Origin: a bacterium | GTDB taxonomy: Bacteria > SAR324 > NAC60-12 | DNA: 64,000 bases | Reading direction: 5' to 3' | Assembly (NCBI GenBank): GCA_965205865.1 | Contig: CBDBHR010000026.1 | Coordinates: 96,001-160,000, forward strand | In this document: positions 46,520-56,284 of the stretch, one piece after another | How positions within the stretch are numbered: the first letter of the stretch is position 1 | Layout of the letters: each line of letters begins with the position of its first letter | Notes under the pieces: model-generated | What the model was told of the DNA's origin: nothing | The model's input: the letters and a program-made list of their open reading frames with translations, nothing else | Databases searched by the model: none | Translations under genes and position numbers: made by a program

Positions 46520-46820
46520 GACCAACCGACCCGTGGTCAATCCCGCCCGGCGGGAACTGGACCGACAATACCGCTCGGTACAGTCCATGCTAACGCTGTG
46601 CCAAGCACGCTTTGCAGCCCTGACGCTTCATCCACAATCCGAGAGGCCTGAGATTCAAAAGTGGCAACAACAGAAAGCAGATCTGCAGGAACAGATCGAG
46701 CAGTGGGAGAAGGAGTTGAGCGTCTTGAAAGAACGAAAGCTCTTGACGCCTAAACATTTGGCGTGGGAGGATCTGCCTGAGGCAGAGAAGTTTGAGCGTC
46801 TTGCTCCAAGCCGTATTATT
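46520..46820 (+). pseudogene. Transposase fragment
   Basis: VVNPARRELDRQ..TPKHLAWEDLPEAEKF; truncates the attC-like site upstream. Confidence 0.5.
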
Positions 46821-46866
46821 AAGTCCGCGGTTTTCCAGCTCTTACCTCTAACAGTCCCAGCCTAAT

Positions 46867-47109
46867 CTACACTGCAGACAATCCCCCATCGATGGGGATG
46901 ATGGTACCGGTTACGTGGGGTGATTCATCCGATGCCAGATATAAGGCTAGACGAGCCACCTCAACCGGTTGCGCTATTCTGTATAAAGGAACATTCTTCA
47001 TATAAGCCTCTTTCCGTTCCGGGTCGCTTCTTATCCACTCGGTCATTGGGGTTTCAATCCTTCCAGGGCAAATCGTGTTTGCACGAATATTATGTGCCGC
47101 ATAAGACAC
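46867..47109 (-). pseudogene. SDR C-terminal fragment
   Basis: IRANTICPG.IETPM..LASDESPHVTG..IDGG. Confidence 0.75.
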
Positions 47110-47123
47110 GGCAATAGACCTCG

Positions 47124-47906
47124 TTAGCGAAAGAATTCCACCTTTGCTTGCCCCCGCTCACTCACCTCATCAACCGCATTTCGCGCTTCACGCTGCAGAA
47201 ACAATAAATCCATTCCGTACGCTATCCAACGAATGCCACTCTCCAACAATGATTTGACCGTGCTTGCAGTGGGCGGTATAGCCCACTGACAGAACGCTAT
47301 CCCTTTCCTCTGGCGCATGGCACGGACGTGGTCTCTGGCTTCAGTTATCTGGGGATGGTCAAACTAGCCGGCTATACCCAGCAGTTGTGAGAGATCGGCA
47401 TGGCCTACCCAGACCACGTCTATCCCGGGGATGAGAATCTCCTCCAAGTGTTCGAGTACTTCCGGAGTCTCGAGAATAAGGCCGAGCAACGTGTTGGCGT
47501 TAGCGTGAGCGCACGCTGCCGGTATATCAGGGGCCCCCATGCCAAACGCACGCTTTCCTTCAGGGTGGAATTTGGCAAAATTTATCAACCGCCGGACCTC
47601 CGCTCCGCTCCGGATACTTGGTAGGATCAGACATTGGCAGCCGTTGTCCAGCAATCTCGTGATAAAATGTTGCTGCAAGGCAGGAAGGCGTACCATCGGT
47701 TTGACACCAGCCAGATGAGCATAATAGACAGTCTCCACCAGCTCTTACAGATCAAAATTAGTATGCTCAGCGTCCATATCCAAGTAGTCCACACCAGCCT
47801 GCGCATAAGCCTCCACCACGTATGGTCCGCGGCTCTTCATTAATGTTCCGATGATCACTTCACCTCTTTTCAACTTTGCTTTTAACTGATTCTCCCGCAA
47901 TGGCAT
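47124..47906 (-). pseudogene. HpcH/HpaI aldolase with two in-frame stops (TAA 47745, TAG 47364)
   Basis: LKAKLKRGE, DMDAEH, LLDNG, ILETPE, GHADLSQLLGIAG*FDHP all lie in one frame. Confidence 0.82.
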
Positions 47907-47937
47907 TGTTTCCTCCTTTTTACTGCGGATAATTAAA

Positions 47938-48300
47938 GTGACCACCGGCTAAAGCCGGTGGCTTATTAAGGTGAACGCCTCAAAGGCTATTTATTGGGTC
48001 CCCCCGAGGGGTCCGATTCAGTCTCCCCCAGGTGAAGGTGAGAAAACCCCGGAGGGTTGACAGGACATATCCCAGCCATTTATGGCTGGGATAGGCTACA
48101 AAACGTTTTTAGTCCCAGAGGGACGACACTTTTGCTTCAGTGCGCTTTCAGTGTCGTCCCTCCGGGACTGGATCCACCATAAAAATCGGTCCCCAGCCAT
48201 CAATGGCTGGGCTATGACCTTTCGTCCCTCCGGGACTAAAATATGACCGCTGCGCACGGTCAAACCGATAGGGGTCCCCCACCTGAGGTGGGGGTTTATT
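47938..48300. repeat. Cluster of IS200/605-end-like hairpins and REP doublets
   Basis: ccaccggctaaagccggtgg; cccagccat..atggctggg twice; gtccctccgggac twice with complementary gtcccagagggac; cccccacctgaggtggggg. Confidence 0.65.
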
Positions 48301-48403
48301 CCAATTAATTAATAATTCCCCCGGAAATATGAACTTAAATTCCCAAAGTCACAGTCACCGTAAAGAACTGACTTATAGTGGTTTCCAGCCACCTTTCGTC
48401 ATT

Positions 48404-49045
48404 CCTCCGGTACAGATCCGGACGTGCGCTGCTAACGCATCCGGCTCCTGCTTCGAGTCAGACGCTCAAACGTTGCCGTTTGGCGCACCCTGCTTAAACC
48501 GCTCTCTGATTTTACCGGCCTCTGAGTTCCGAACACAGGAGGGCAAGCAGAATTCCTCTCAGCCAAGTCCCTTTGCTCCACAGGCTCCGTTGATTTCCTT
48601 TGCATTGTTACTCTCTACAAATGATCTCATTGTTCGCCGCTTCATCGCTACTACGAACTTGTCCGACTTCCTGAAGACGTAGATATCGGGGTTATTTATT
48701 AATTTTCCCGATCCGACTACCAATGGAATGTTGACAGTCGTCTTCAGGATCTCCCAGGTTCCGATCAAGAAACTTCCACACATGCACCGGGTCTTCGACT
48801 CCGCCAGGCTCGACCGGGACTCACGCTAACGCCTTCGGTTGATGTTGCCTTCCCCACCAGACTACAAGGTCAGCACCTGAAACTATGATTTCGGAGCTCA
48901 ATACCGAGCCTATGTTCTCCCCTGTCAACGCTTAGCGCCTATCCTTGCGAATAACCACTCATGACTCGGGGACTCGGCGGGTCGTTACTGCCTTACCGAG
49001 TAAGAGACTTTCACTCTCTATTTCTTGCCAGCTTTCCTGGTGCAC
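48404..49045 (-). ncRNA. ORF-less group II intron (IIB-like), domain VI truncated
   Basis: 5' GUGCACCAGG; DI motifs gcgttgacagggg and ggaaggcaac; D5 GAGCCGGAUGCGUUAGCAGCGCACGUCCGGAUC at 48415-48447. Confidence 0.85.
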
Positions 49046-49061
49046 GGCCTGACCCCGATTT

Positions 49062-50000
49062 CTAAGAGAAGGGGTTGAGCAGTCTGGAGAGGAATCCTCG
49101 TTTGCGTTTCACCATCGCGGCGCCGTAACTGCCCTCACCGCCCCGCAGCCGCGGATCGAGCAGGTCCCTGAGGGCATCTCCGAACATGTTGAGGGAGTAG
49201 ACGACCAGCGTGAGGAAAAGCCCCGGCCAGAGTGCCAGCCAGGGCGCGTGCTCCATGAACCGGCGCCCTTCGCGGCTGAGCATCCCTCCCCAGCTGGGAA
49301 TCTTGATGGGCAGCCCGAATCCGAGGAAGCTCAGTGACGCTTCGGCAATGATGACTCCGCCGATGTTGATGGAGAAGATGATGATGATCGGTGCCATGAT
49401 ATTGGGCAGTACATGGCGGATGAGGACTTGGGGCGTGGGGGTGCCCACGGCCCGGGCGGCCAGAAAATAGTCATTCTCTTTGATACCGATCACGGCACCC
49501 CGGACGACTCGGGAGCCCCCGATGCCGCCGGCGATCCCCAGGACCACGATGATCTGGAGGAGCCCCTGCCCCACGACCGACATGATCGTCAACAAGAGCA
49601 GCAGCCCCGGAAACGCCATCCAGGCATCAACAAATCTTTGCACCGCCAGGTCCAGTTTACCTCCAAGGAATCCGGAGGTGCCCCCGATCAGGAGTGCAAC
49701 GGCCACATTGAGTGCAGTCGTGGCCAGGCCCACCACTAAGGAAATACGAGCCCCGAAGATCAGGCGGCTCAGGAGGTCTCTTCCCAACTGGTCGGTCCCC
49801 AGCAGATGCTGGAAGGATGCGCCCTGCAGCCGATCTCCCAAGTTTAGTTTATCATAGGGATACGGGGTCAACACATCCGCAAAGAGCGCCACAAAAATCA
49901 AGAGCAGGATGATCATCCCGCAGAACGACCCCAGCGGCTTCTCCTTGAGAAGCCGGATGAAGAAATCCGCAAACCGGCCCCGTCGTTTGGATTCACTCAT
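49062..50000 (-). CDS. Peptide ABC permease DppC-like
   Basis: Close paralog of 40157 and 57372. Confidence 0.92.
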   Translation of the reverse strand: MSESKRRGRFADFFIRLLKEKPLGSFCGMIILLLIFVALFADVLTPYPYDKLNLGDRLQGASFQHLLGTDQLGRDLLSRLIFGARISLVVGLATTALNVAVALLIGGTSGFLGGKLDLAVQRFVDAWMAFPGLLLLLTIMSVVGQGLLQIIVVLGIAGGIGGSRVVRGAVIGIKENDYFLAARAVGTPTPQVLIRHVLPNIMAPIIIIFSINIGGVIIAEASLSFLGFGLPIKIPSWGGMLSREGRRFMEHAPWLALWPGLFLTLVVYSLNMFGDALRDLLDPRLRGGEGSYGAAMVKRKRGFLSRLLNPFS

Positions 50001-50983
50001 AGCGCACCCTCGGGTCCAGATAGGAATAGAGCAGGTCGATGAGGAGATTGAACCCCACCACCCCGGTGGCAAAGAACAAGTTGACGCCGGAGACTACCGG
50101 GTAGTCCCGGTCTTCGAGGGCAACCACTATGAGACGACCCAACCCCGGCAGGTTAAAGATGTTCTCCATGATCACCGCGCCACCCACCAGGATTGGCAAC
50201 TGCAGGCCGATCAGGGACACCACCGGGATGAGGGCATTTTTGATGGTATGCCGGATGATCACGATCCGCTCCCGGAGGCCCTTGGACCACGCCGTCCTCA
50301 CATAGTCCTGCCTTAAGACCTCCAGTGCGCGTCATGCGCATGGTGGCGGCAGCCGAGGCCGTCCCCAGAATCAGGCTGGGGATGATGAACACCCCCAGAT
50401 TCCCCAGCGGGTCTTCCGTGAAAGAAACCAGCTCCATCGGAGGCGACCAGCCCCACCAAATTGCCGGGTAGAGCATCACCATAGTTGCCAGCCAGAAGTT
50501 AGGCGTGGCCACGCCGAGGATGGCAATAGAGCGCCCCACATAATCGGCGGCCGTATCCTGACGCATCGCCGAGTAGATGCCGACCGGCAGGGCGATGACG
50601 AGCCCAATTACGATTGCCATGACACCAAGCTCAAGGGTGACTGGCAATCTACCTATTATCTTCTCCTCCACCGTCCAATCGCCCATTATTGATTCGCCAA
50701 GAGTGCCCTGGAGGATACCGTTGAAGTGGGACTCCTTGGTAATCGGGTCAGGGGTTGGCAACACTCCTATCCAGCGTCCATACTGCACGTAGACAAGCAC
50801 GTCCAATCCCAGCTTACGCTCCATAGCTTCACGGTCAATGTTGCTATGTTCAGTTTCCATCTCAGCCATCATTGCATCTATTACATCGCCGGGGATAAAG
50901 CGGACTGAGAGAAAGACCAGGATGGTCAATAGAAACAGGGTGGGGATTATGAGCAATAACCGCCTGATGACATAGGCTCTCAT
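49993..50983 (-). pseudogene. DppB-like permease frameshifted by a deletion of about 7 nt at about 50325
   Basis: MRMTRT-(MML missing)-EVLRQD compared with paralogs. Confidence 0.85.
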
Positions 50984-51444
50984 GTGACACTCCTCCTTGC
51001 CATTTCCCCGTCATTGCGGTATATATCCCAACTCCGTATCAGGTACCGGGCAGGCTCTCGTCTTTCCGGTGAAAACCGGAATCCACCTTCCACGTCTTTC
51101 CGGCCCCTTCCACTGAAGGGCGCGGCACTCTCTAAGGTGCGAATGACCCCTGCCAGGAAACTCGCCTCTCACCGCTTTGGGGAGTCCGGAGGGGTGAAAC
51201 CCCTTTGAAACGGGGGTTCAAGGTGGTGTCCCCCTTGATTCCCCCCGTCATTCCGCCGAAAGGCGGAATCCAGAGTAATTTCAAATGGTTGCGTTTTCTG
51301 GATTCCGGGTCTCCGCCCGGAATGACAGTAAGAAAGCGCGCCTCGCAATGACATCGTGTGTGGGAGCCGGGAGGCTTAAGCCCCCGCGCCAAGGACCCCC
51401 CGACCCCCTTTTTCCCCTGACGTCAGCCATAAGGGGCGAAACCC

Positions 51445-51645
51445 CTAATGACCCATTGCTTCCTTCAGCTCCTGGTCAATCCATAAGCGGGCAAACAGCG
51501 CACCACCCCCGTTCATGTCTCCGAGGACGACTTCACCGTTATAACCTTTGAGCCACGGCTGGCTCGCGAAGAACGCGGGAGCCACAGGACCCCATAGAGT
51601 CCAGAGCTCCTTTATCGCCATCGTATCCATCTCCTTAACTATTTC
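51445..51645 (-). pseudogene. Peptide ABC SBP extreme C-terminal remnant
   Basis: QPWLKGYNGE..LWIDQELKEAMGH. Confidence 0.8.
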
Positions 51646-51918
51646 CGGAACGAAAAGCATGTGATGCAGAGCGCATCATTTTAAGGAGTGATGAGCACTC
51701 GGCACGCGTTTCGAGGTCTGCTGAGATAACCGGGAAAACTCTTTCAGTTCTGCGATGCTTAAAACTTTCCTCTTTTGGAAGAAGGCCAAGTTATTTTTCT
51801 CGATGGGTTTGTCGGTTCGGTTCCTTTTGACTGGAGACTTCCCTTATCTTTCAAGGGATTGCGGGGAAATCTACCAAGATGTTGCCTTCAGAGAGCAAGT
51901 GGCGATAAAGCTGATAAA

Positions 51919-52333
51919 ATCATGGAGGATTTTCCGAATTTGAAGGCAGAGGATATTGAAGCTTGTCTCGCCGAGGCAGCCTCCCTGGCAGAAGAACCAA
52001 TCATTCTCATTGATTTAGAAGCGAAGAACGGGTGAAAATCATGGTCGATGAGAACATCCCCAAGATGACTGTCAGGGCACTATCAGCACGAGGAGATGAT
52101 CTTCTCGAGATCCGAGGAACCGAATGCGAAGGCATTCCGGAAGATCAAGTCTGGCAAATTTGCCAAGATCAAAAAAGACTTTTCATTTCGACAGAGAGGG
52201 GTTTTCCAAAGACCGAGAATCGAATCACGAGGGAAGGATGATTGTTTGCCTCAAACAACCCCGTGGCCAAGGCATCCATCAAAGCGTTTTGCCAGCATTT
52301 CATCAATATCCGGAAGAGGAATGGCAATGGTGA
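51919..52333 (+). pseudogene. DUF433 antitoxin fragment plus frameshifted DUF5615 PIN-like toxin
   Basis: IMEDFPNLKAEDIEACL; MKIMVDENIP..DQVWQ..RLFIS. Confidence 0.7.
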
Positions 52334-52476
52334 AAAAAGGGAGAACTCTGCGTTCTGCTTCTTGAGATATCACCCAAAATATCGCCTTTAACAGTTTCTT
52401 GTATTGAGACCATTTCTATGCTAAAGTTAAAATGTCTAGTCTGTCTAGCATATAATTTAATTAATTAGGAGGAGAG

Positions 52477-52728
52477 ATGTCTCAACAATGGCAATTACAG
52501 GACGCAAAAAATCGATTTAGTGAAGTAGTCGAAAATGCAATTCAAGATGGTCCACAGATTGTTACTAAAAGAGGAAAAGCAGCGGTAGTTATCGTTTCAA
52601 TGGATGAATATCGGAAGCTCACAACCCCAGCAAACAGTTTGGTTGAATTTTTTCATAATTCTCCTTTGTATGATCTTGAACTAGATCTAGAAAGAGATAA
52701 AGATTTCTCAAGAGAGGTGGATCTGTGA
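52477..52728 (+). CDS. Phd/YefM antitoxin
   Basis: WQLQDAKNRFSEVV..GPQIVTKRG. Confidence 0.92.
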   Translation: MSQQWQLQDAKNRFSEVVENAIQDGPQIVTKRGKAAVVIVSMDEYRKLTTPANSLVEFFHNSPLYDLELDLERDKDFSREVDL

Positions 52729-53162
52729 AATATTTACTTGATACAAGTGTAATTTCTGAACTGACTAAAAAGAAGCCTGATCCAAAGGTTATTCAATGGA
52801 TTAAGAAAAACCATGAAGTTGACCTTTATCTCAGCGTATTAACGCTCGGAGAAATTCAGAAAGGAATCACAAAACTTTCTGAATCAAAAAAGAAAAAAGA
52901 TTTGCGAGAATGGCTTGAAAAGGATTTACCTCAACGTTTTGAAAGAAGGTTCTTGGCAGTTACAATGGCTGTAGCAAAAAAATGGGGAGAAATAGAGGGA
53001 GATACAGAACAAAAGGGTGAGAAAATGCCTGCTATTGATAGCCTCATTGCAGCAACTGGTATTGTAAATAATTTGACAGTGGTAACACGAAATACTGAAG
53101 ATATGGAAAAAAGTGGGGTTAAACTACTCAATCCTTGGCAAGAAAAAAGAGAGGGAGTGTAA
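52725..53162 (+). CDS. vapC: VapC PIN toxin
   Basis: YLLDTSVISE, TLGEI, IDSLIAAT, VTRN; GTGA overlap with the antitoxin. Confidence 0.92.
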   Translation: MKYLLDTSVISELTKKKPDPKVIQWIKKNHEVDLYLSVLTLGEIQKGITKLSESKKKKDLREWLEKDLPQRFERRFLAVTMAVAKKWGEIEGDTEQKGEKMPAIDSLIAATGIVNNLTVVTRNTEDMEKSGVKLLNPWQEKREGV

Positions 53163-53446
53163 ATTGAACTCATCAAAGCGAAGCAGAACAAATGGTTAGC
53201 CACAAAGGGACAGAGGGGCACTACTCAAGGAAAAGAATCAGTTGCACTCGTCCTCAAATTTCCTCAGGATCTCGATGAGATTCGCCACAAAATGCGTTTG
53301 GGAGTGACAGTCCAAAAACCACACTATCCCATGGGAGGTTTTTCATATGTTGGCGCTTCCCCCCGGCACAACAGGTGGCTAACACACACTAAAGGCTCTA
53401 TGTTTCAGATTGTGTATTGAAACATCTAAAAAGCATAAGGGAATTT

Positions 53447-53659
53447 ATGAATAATGAATATACTGCAATAATCAAACAATCAGGAGATTGGTGGATTGGC
53501 TGGATTGAGGAAATCCCTGGGGTCAATTGCCAAGAAGCAACGAGAGAAGAATTACTGGACAGTTTAAGAATAACTTTACGGGAAGCTTTAGAGTTTAACA
53601 AGCAGGATGCAATTTCTGCTGCAGAAGACAACTTCCAAGAAGAACGAATTGCGTTATGA
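53447..53659 (+). CDS. hicB: HicB-family antitoxin (short)
   Basis: YTAIIKQSGDWWIGWIEEIPGVNCQ. Confidence 0.88.
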   Translation: MNNEYTAIIKQSGDWWIGWIEEIPGVNCQEATREELLDSLRITLREALEFNKQDAISAAEDNFQEERIAL

Positions 53660-53844
53660 AACGCAATGAATTGATCAAATATCTGCGCAAGCATGGATGT
53701 GAACTCCTTCGGGAAGGTGGTAATCATTCTTGGTGGCATAATCCTATTTTGAATACACGTTCGGCAGTTCCACGCCATACAGAAATCGATAACCAATTGG
53801 CAAAGAAAATTTGTAAAGATCTCAGTATTCCATCTGTGAGATAA
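53656..53844 (+). CDS. hicA: HicA toxin
   Basis: LLREGGNHSWW..AVPRHTEI. Confidence 0.9.
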   Translation: MKRNELIKYLRKHGCELLREGGNHSWWHNPILNTRSAVPRHTEIDNQLAKKICKDLSIPSVR

Positions 53845-53845
53845 T

Positions 53846-53968
53846 GCGCAACAAAACGCTGCAGTGGACCGCCACCTCGCCGTTTCTTCTCTCAAGTTGC
53901 CTTTGGAAATTTTGTTCATTTTCTCTTATTTTTCTCAAAGGTGTCGTCCACTGAGCTAGTCGTTAGTA
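53846..53968 (+). other. attC-like integron recombination site
   Basis: gcgcAAC..gctgcagtggaccgccacct / aggtgtcgtccactgagc..GTTAGTA; imperfect palindrome with extrahelical bases directly after the hicA stop. Confidence 0.75.
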
Positions 53969-54121
53969 CTATGAAAAACCTGGGTCTAAAAAAGGAAAAG
54001 ATTCTCTCGGGCTTGATTCTTTCCGATGGTCAAAACTTGAGGAAGAATAAAAAACAGCGATTCTCAGGAAGATAAAAGGGACGGTTTCCTCCCCGTTTTC
54101 ACGAGGACAATTTTTATGCGC

Positions 54122-54495
54122 TTACTCGTTGAACGGGTTGATCAGCCGGGCGAGGAGGCCTCGTTTGCGTTTCGCCGTTGCGCCGTAACTGCCCTCTCCG
54201 CCGCGCAGTCTTGGGTCGAACAGGTCCCTGAGGGCATCTCCGAACATGTTGAAGGAGTAGACGACAATCGTCAGGCAAAGCCCCGGCCACAGGGCTAGAT
54301 GGGGCGCCATCTCCATGTATTGACGCCCTTCCCGGCTGAGCATGCCGCCCCAGTCAGGAATGCTGGGTGGCAGACCGTATCCGAGGAAGCCCAGAGAAGC
54401 CAAAGACATAATCACCCCCCCGATGTTAATGGAGAAGATAATAATGACGGGTGCCATAATATTGGGCAGGACATGGCGGACCAGGATTTGGCTCG
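54122..54495 (-). pseudogene. DppC 3' half, deletion-fused to an SBP fragment
   Basis: SQILVRHVLPN..GDALRDLFDP. Confidence 0.85.
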
Positions 54496-55285
54496 AGGTC
54501 CAGTGCCATCTGCATTGCGTGGCGCACCCGGACGTCGTCAAAGGGCGACCTTGATGAGTTAACAGGCCAAGACGTCAAAGACCGATATGAAAACGGCTCC
54601 ATCAGGAGTTCGGGGTCGGTTTTCTTAAGGCTGTCTACCTGGTCCGTAGCCGAGAGTTGAGTGCCGCCGAGGAAGTGAGCCAGTACATCAATCCTACCCG
54701 AGCGTAGTGCCGCCAGACGTGTTGCTTCATCTGGTATAATCAGCGCCTTTAACGTGTCAACATAAGGCAGGCGATTCTCCGGGTACTTTTCGTCGTAGCC
54801 CCAGTAGTCGGGATTCTTTTCCCAGGTTACAGAGCTGCCCTCAACCCAGTCAGTCAGCTCAAAGGGTCCAGTGCCGACCAGGTTCCTCCAATCCTTAACG
54901 TCGCCGTGTTCCTCGACTACCTCGGGAGGATATGTAAAAGTCTAGAGGGACTTTAAAATAGTCCCTAGCGCGCCTGGATCTGCCTTCGTCAGCTTAAGGA
55001 CGAGCGTCCATTCGTCGGTGGCCGTTATCGATTCCCATGGCAGCTGAGCCGTCGACTCCCAGGAGGCGTAATAGGCAGCAGGTTCGGTGTAGCCGCTGCC
55101 CAGACCCAAATAACGGTGCAAGTTATATTCGATGTCCTTGGCAGTTAGCTCCCGACCGTTCATCGGTGCCTTATCATGCCAGTGAACGCCCTTGCGGATG
55201 TGGAAGACGATCGTGGTAGCGTCGGGCGTTTCCCAGCTTTCAGCCAGGTGCCCTCCATAGATAAAGTCAGGATGGTACGTTGTTC
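54495..55285 (-). pseudogene. Peptide ABC SBP internal fragment (in-frame TAG at 54942)
   Basis: HLAESWETPDATT, GTGPFELTDW, DVRVRHAMQMALDLE. Confidence 0.82.
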
Positions 55286-55339
55286 TAGAGTGCTAATAAT
55301 TTGTCGACCGTATTTTTTTCAATCGCTGGGAAGCGATTA

Positions 55340-55366
55340 TTAACACTCTATTAAAATGAGTGCTAC
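55340..55366. promoter_or_regulatory. CIRCE-like site (2 mismatches)
   Basis: TTAaCACTC-N9-GAGTGCTAc. Confidence 0.5.
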
Positions 55367-55559
55367 CATTAAACAATAATTGATCAAGCCCGCATGAAAG
55401 CGATCCGATGAATCCCCAGAAATGGACAGAAAAGGTCTGAGAGGCGGTAGAGCGAGCCGATGCATTGGCAATCGGCAGGAATCCTACCGCAATGCTTTCG
55501 TTGCCTCTTCTCTGGGCATTAATGGAACTAAAGGGTGGCTTAATTCCCCAGATTTTCTC

Positions 55560-55814
55560 ATGAGCACAACAACTGTCATTAATCCAGAGGCATTGTCGCT
55601 TCTTCGTGAAGGGTGGAGATTATTAGTTGACCAATTAGGGATTCAGAAGGCCACCCGGTTCGTCATGTTACTTGAACGTGGACAAGGAGATTCCGTCAAG
55701 GAAATTGCCGAATATTGGGGTAATATGAGTATTGAAGAAATTCATCAACAGGTGATGAATTGGAAGAGCCAACGCTCAGAAGAAACCTTGTCTCGGGGAG
55801 CGAAAACCTGCTAA
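55560..55814 (+). CDS. Small hypothetical protein, antitoxin-like, in an attC-terminated cassette
   Basis: EGWRLLVDQLG..RFVMLLERGQGD; stop codon overlaps the tgcTAAC inverse core. Confidence 0.65.
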   Translation: MSTTTVINPEALSLLREGWRLLVDQLGIQKATRFVMLLERGQGDSVKEIAEYWGNMSIEEIHQQVMNWKSQRSEETLSRGAKTC

Positions 55815-56089
55815 CAAAGCGGTAGAGCGGACCTGGGAATATACACTTTTTTCCAAGTTTATCAACACGTTGAAAGTTCATTGCCTTTACTAAGGAACAA
55901 ACCTAAAATAAACTGTAATTCTTCCAATGGTGTGAGCAAAATTGGGAGACATGTACACCGCTGCGCATCCCAACTCACTGTTTTATGCCTGTTGTTACGT
56001 GTACCTTAATTTTGCGTATCCAGACTTCCAACTTATTTAAATTTCATTCCTAAGTAGAGTTCCCAGGCCGCTCACTTTCAACGTTATGC
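55809..56089 (+). other. attC-like site interrupted by MITE family C (55891-56053)
   Basis: tgctaac..gtagagcggacctgggaa / ttcccaggccgctcac..GTTATGC. Confidence 0.7.
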
Positions 56090-56202
56090 ATTGAGACATG
56101 GACTAGCATGGGGCGAAGGTGAATAGACGGGAGAATGGATGAGTGAAGCACAAAAGATTGATAGCATCACACATGAAGCCTCCTGTAAGGATGGCATAGG
56201 AC

Positions 56203-56231
56203 TTGACATCTTCCGGGGGAGGCCATAGCAT
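56203..56231 (+). promoter_or_regulatory. Sigma70-like promoter
   Basis: TTGACA-N17-TAGCAT upstream of RBS aaggagg. Confidence 0.65.
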
Positions 56232-56284
56232 GGAGTGCATTCTTTAGAAGAATCGGTTTAAAACAGTGTGATAAGGAGGACCTA

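Noticed and set aside
48329-48783. ORFs inside the intron as an intron-encoded protein
   Set aside because: They are short and have no RT motifs such as YADD.
51660-51918. Possible DDE transposase remnant
   Set aside because: Too degraded to assign without a search.
55390-55432. Hammerhead ribozyme (ccgatga-atcc..ggac-a-gaaa)
   Set aside because: The core has several deviations, and no stem III or NUH site could be formed.
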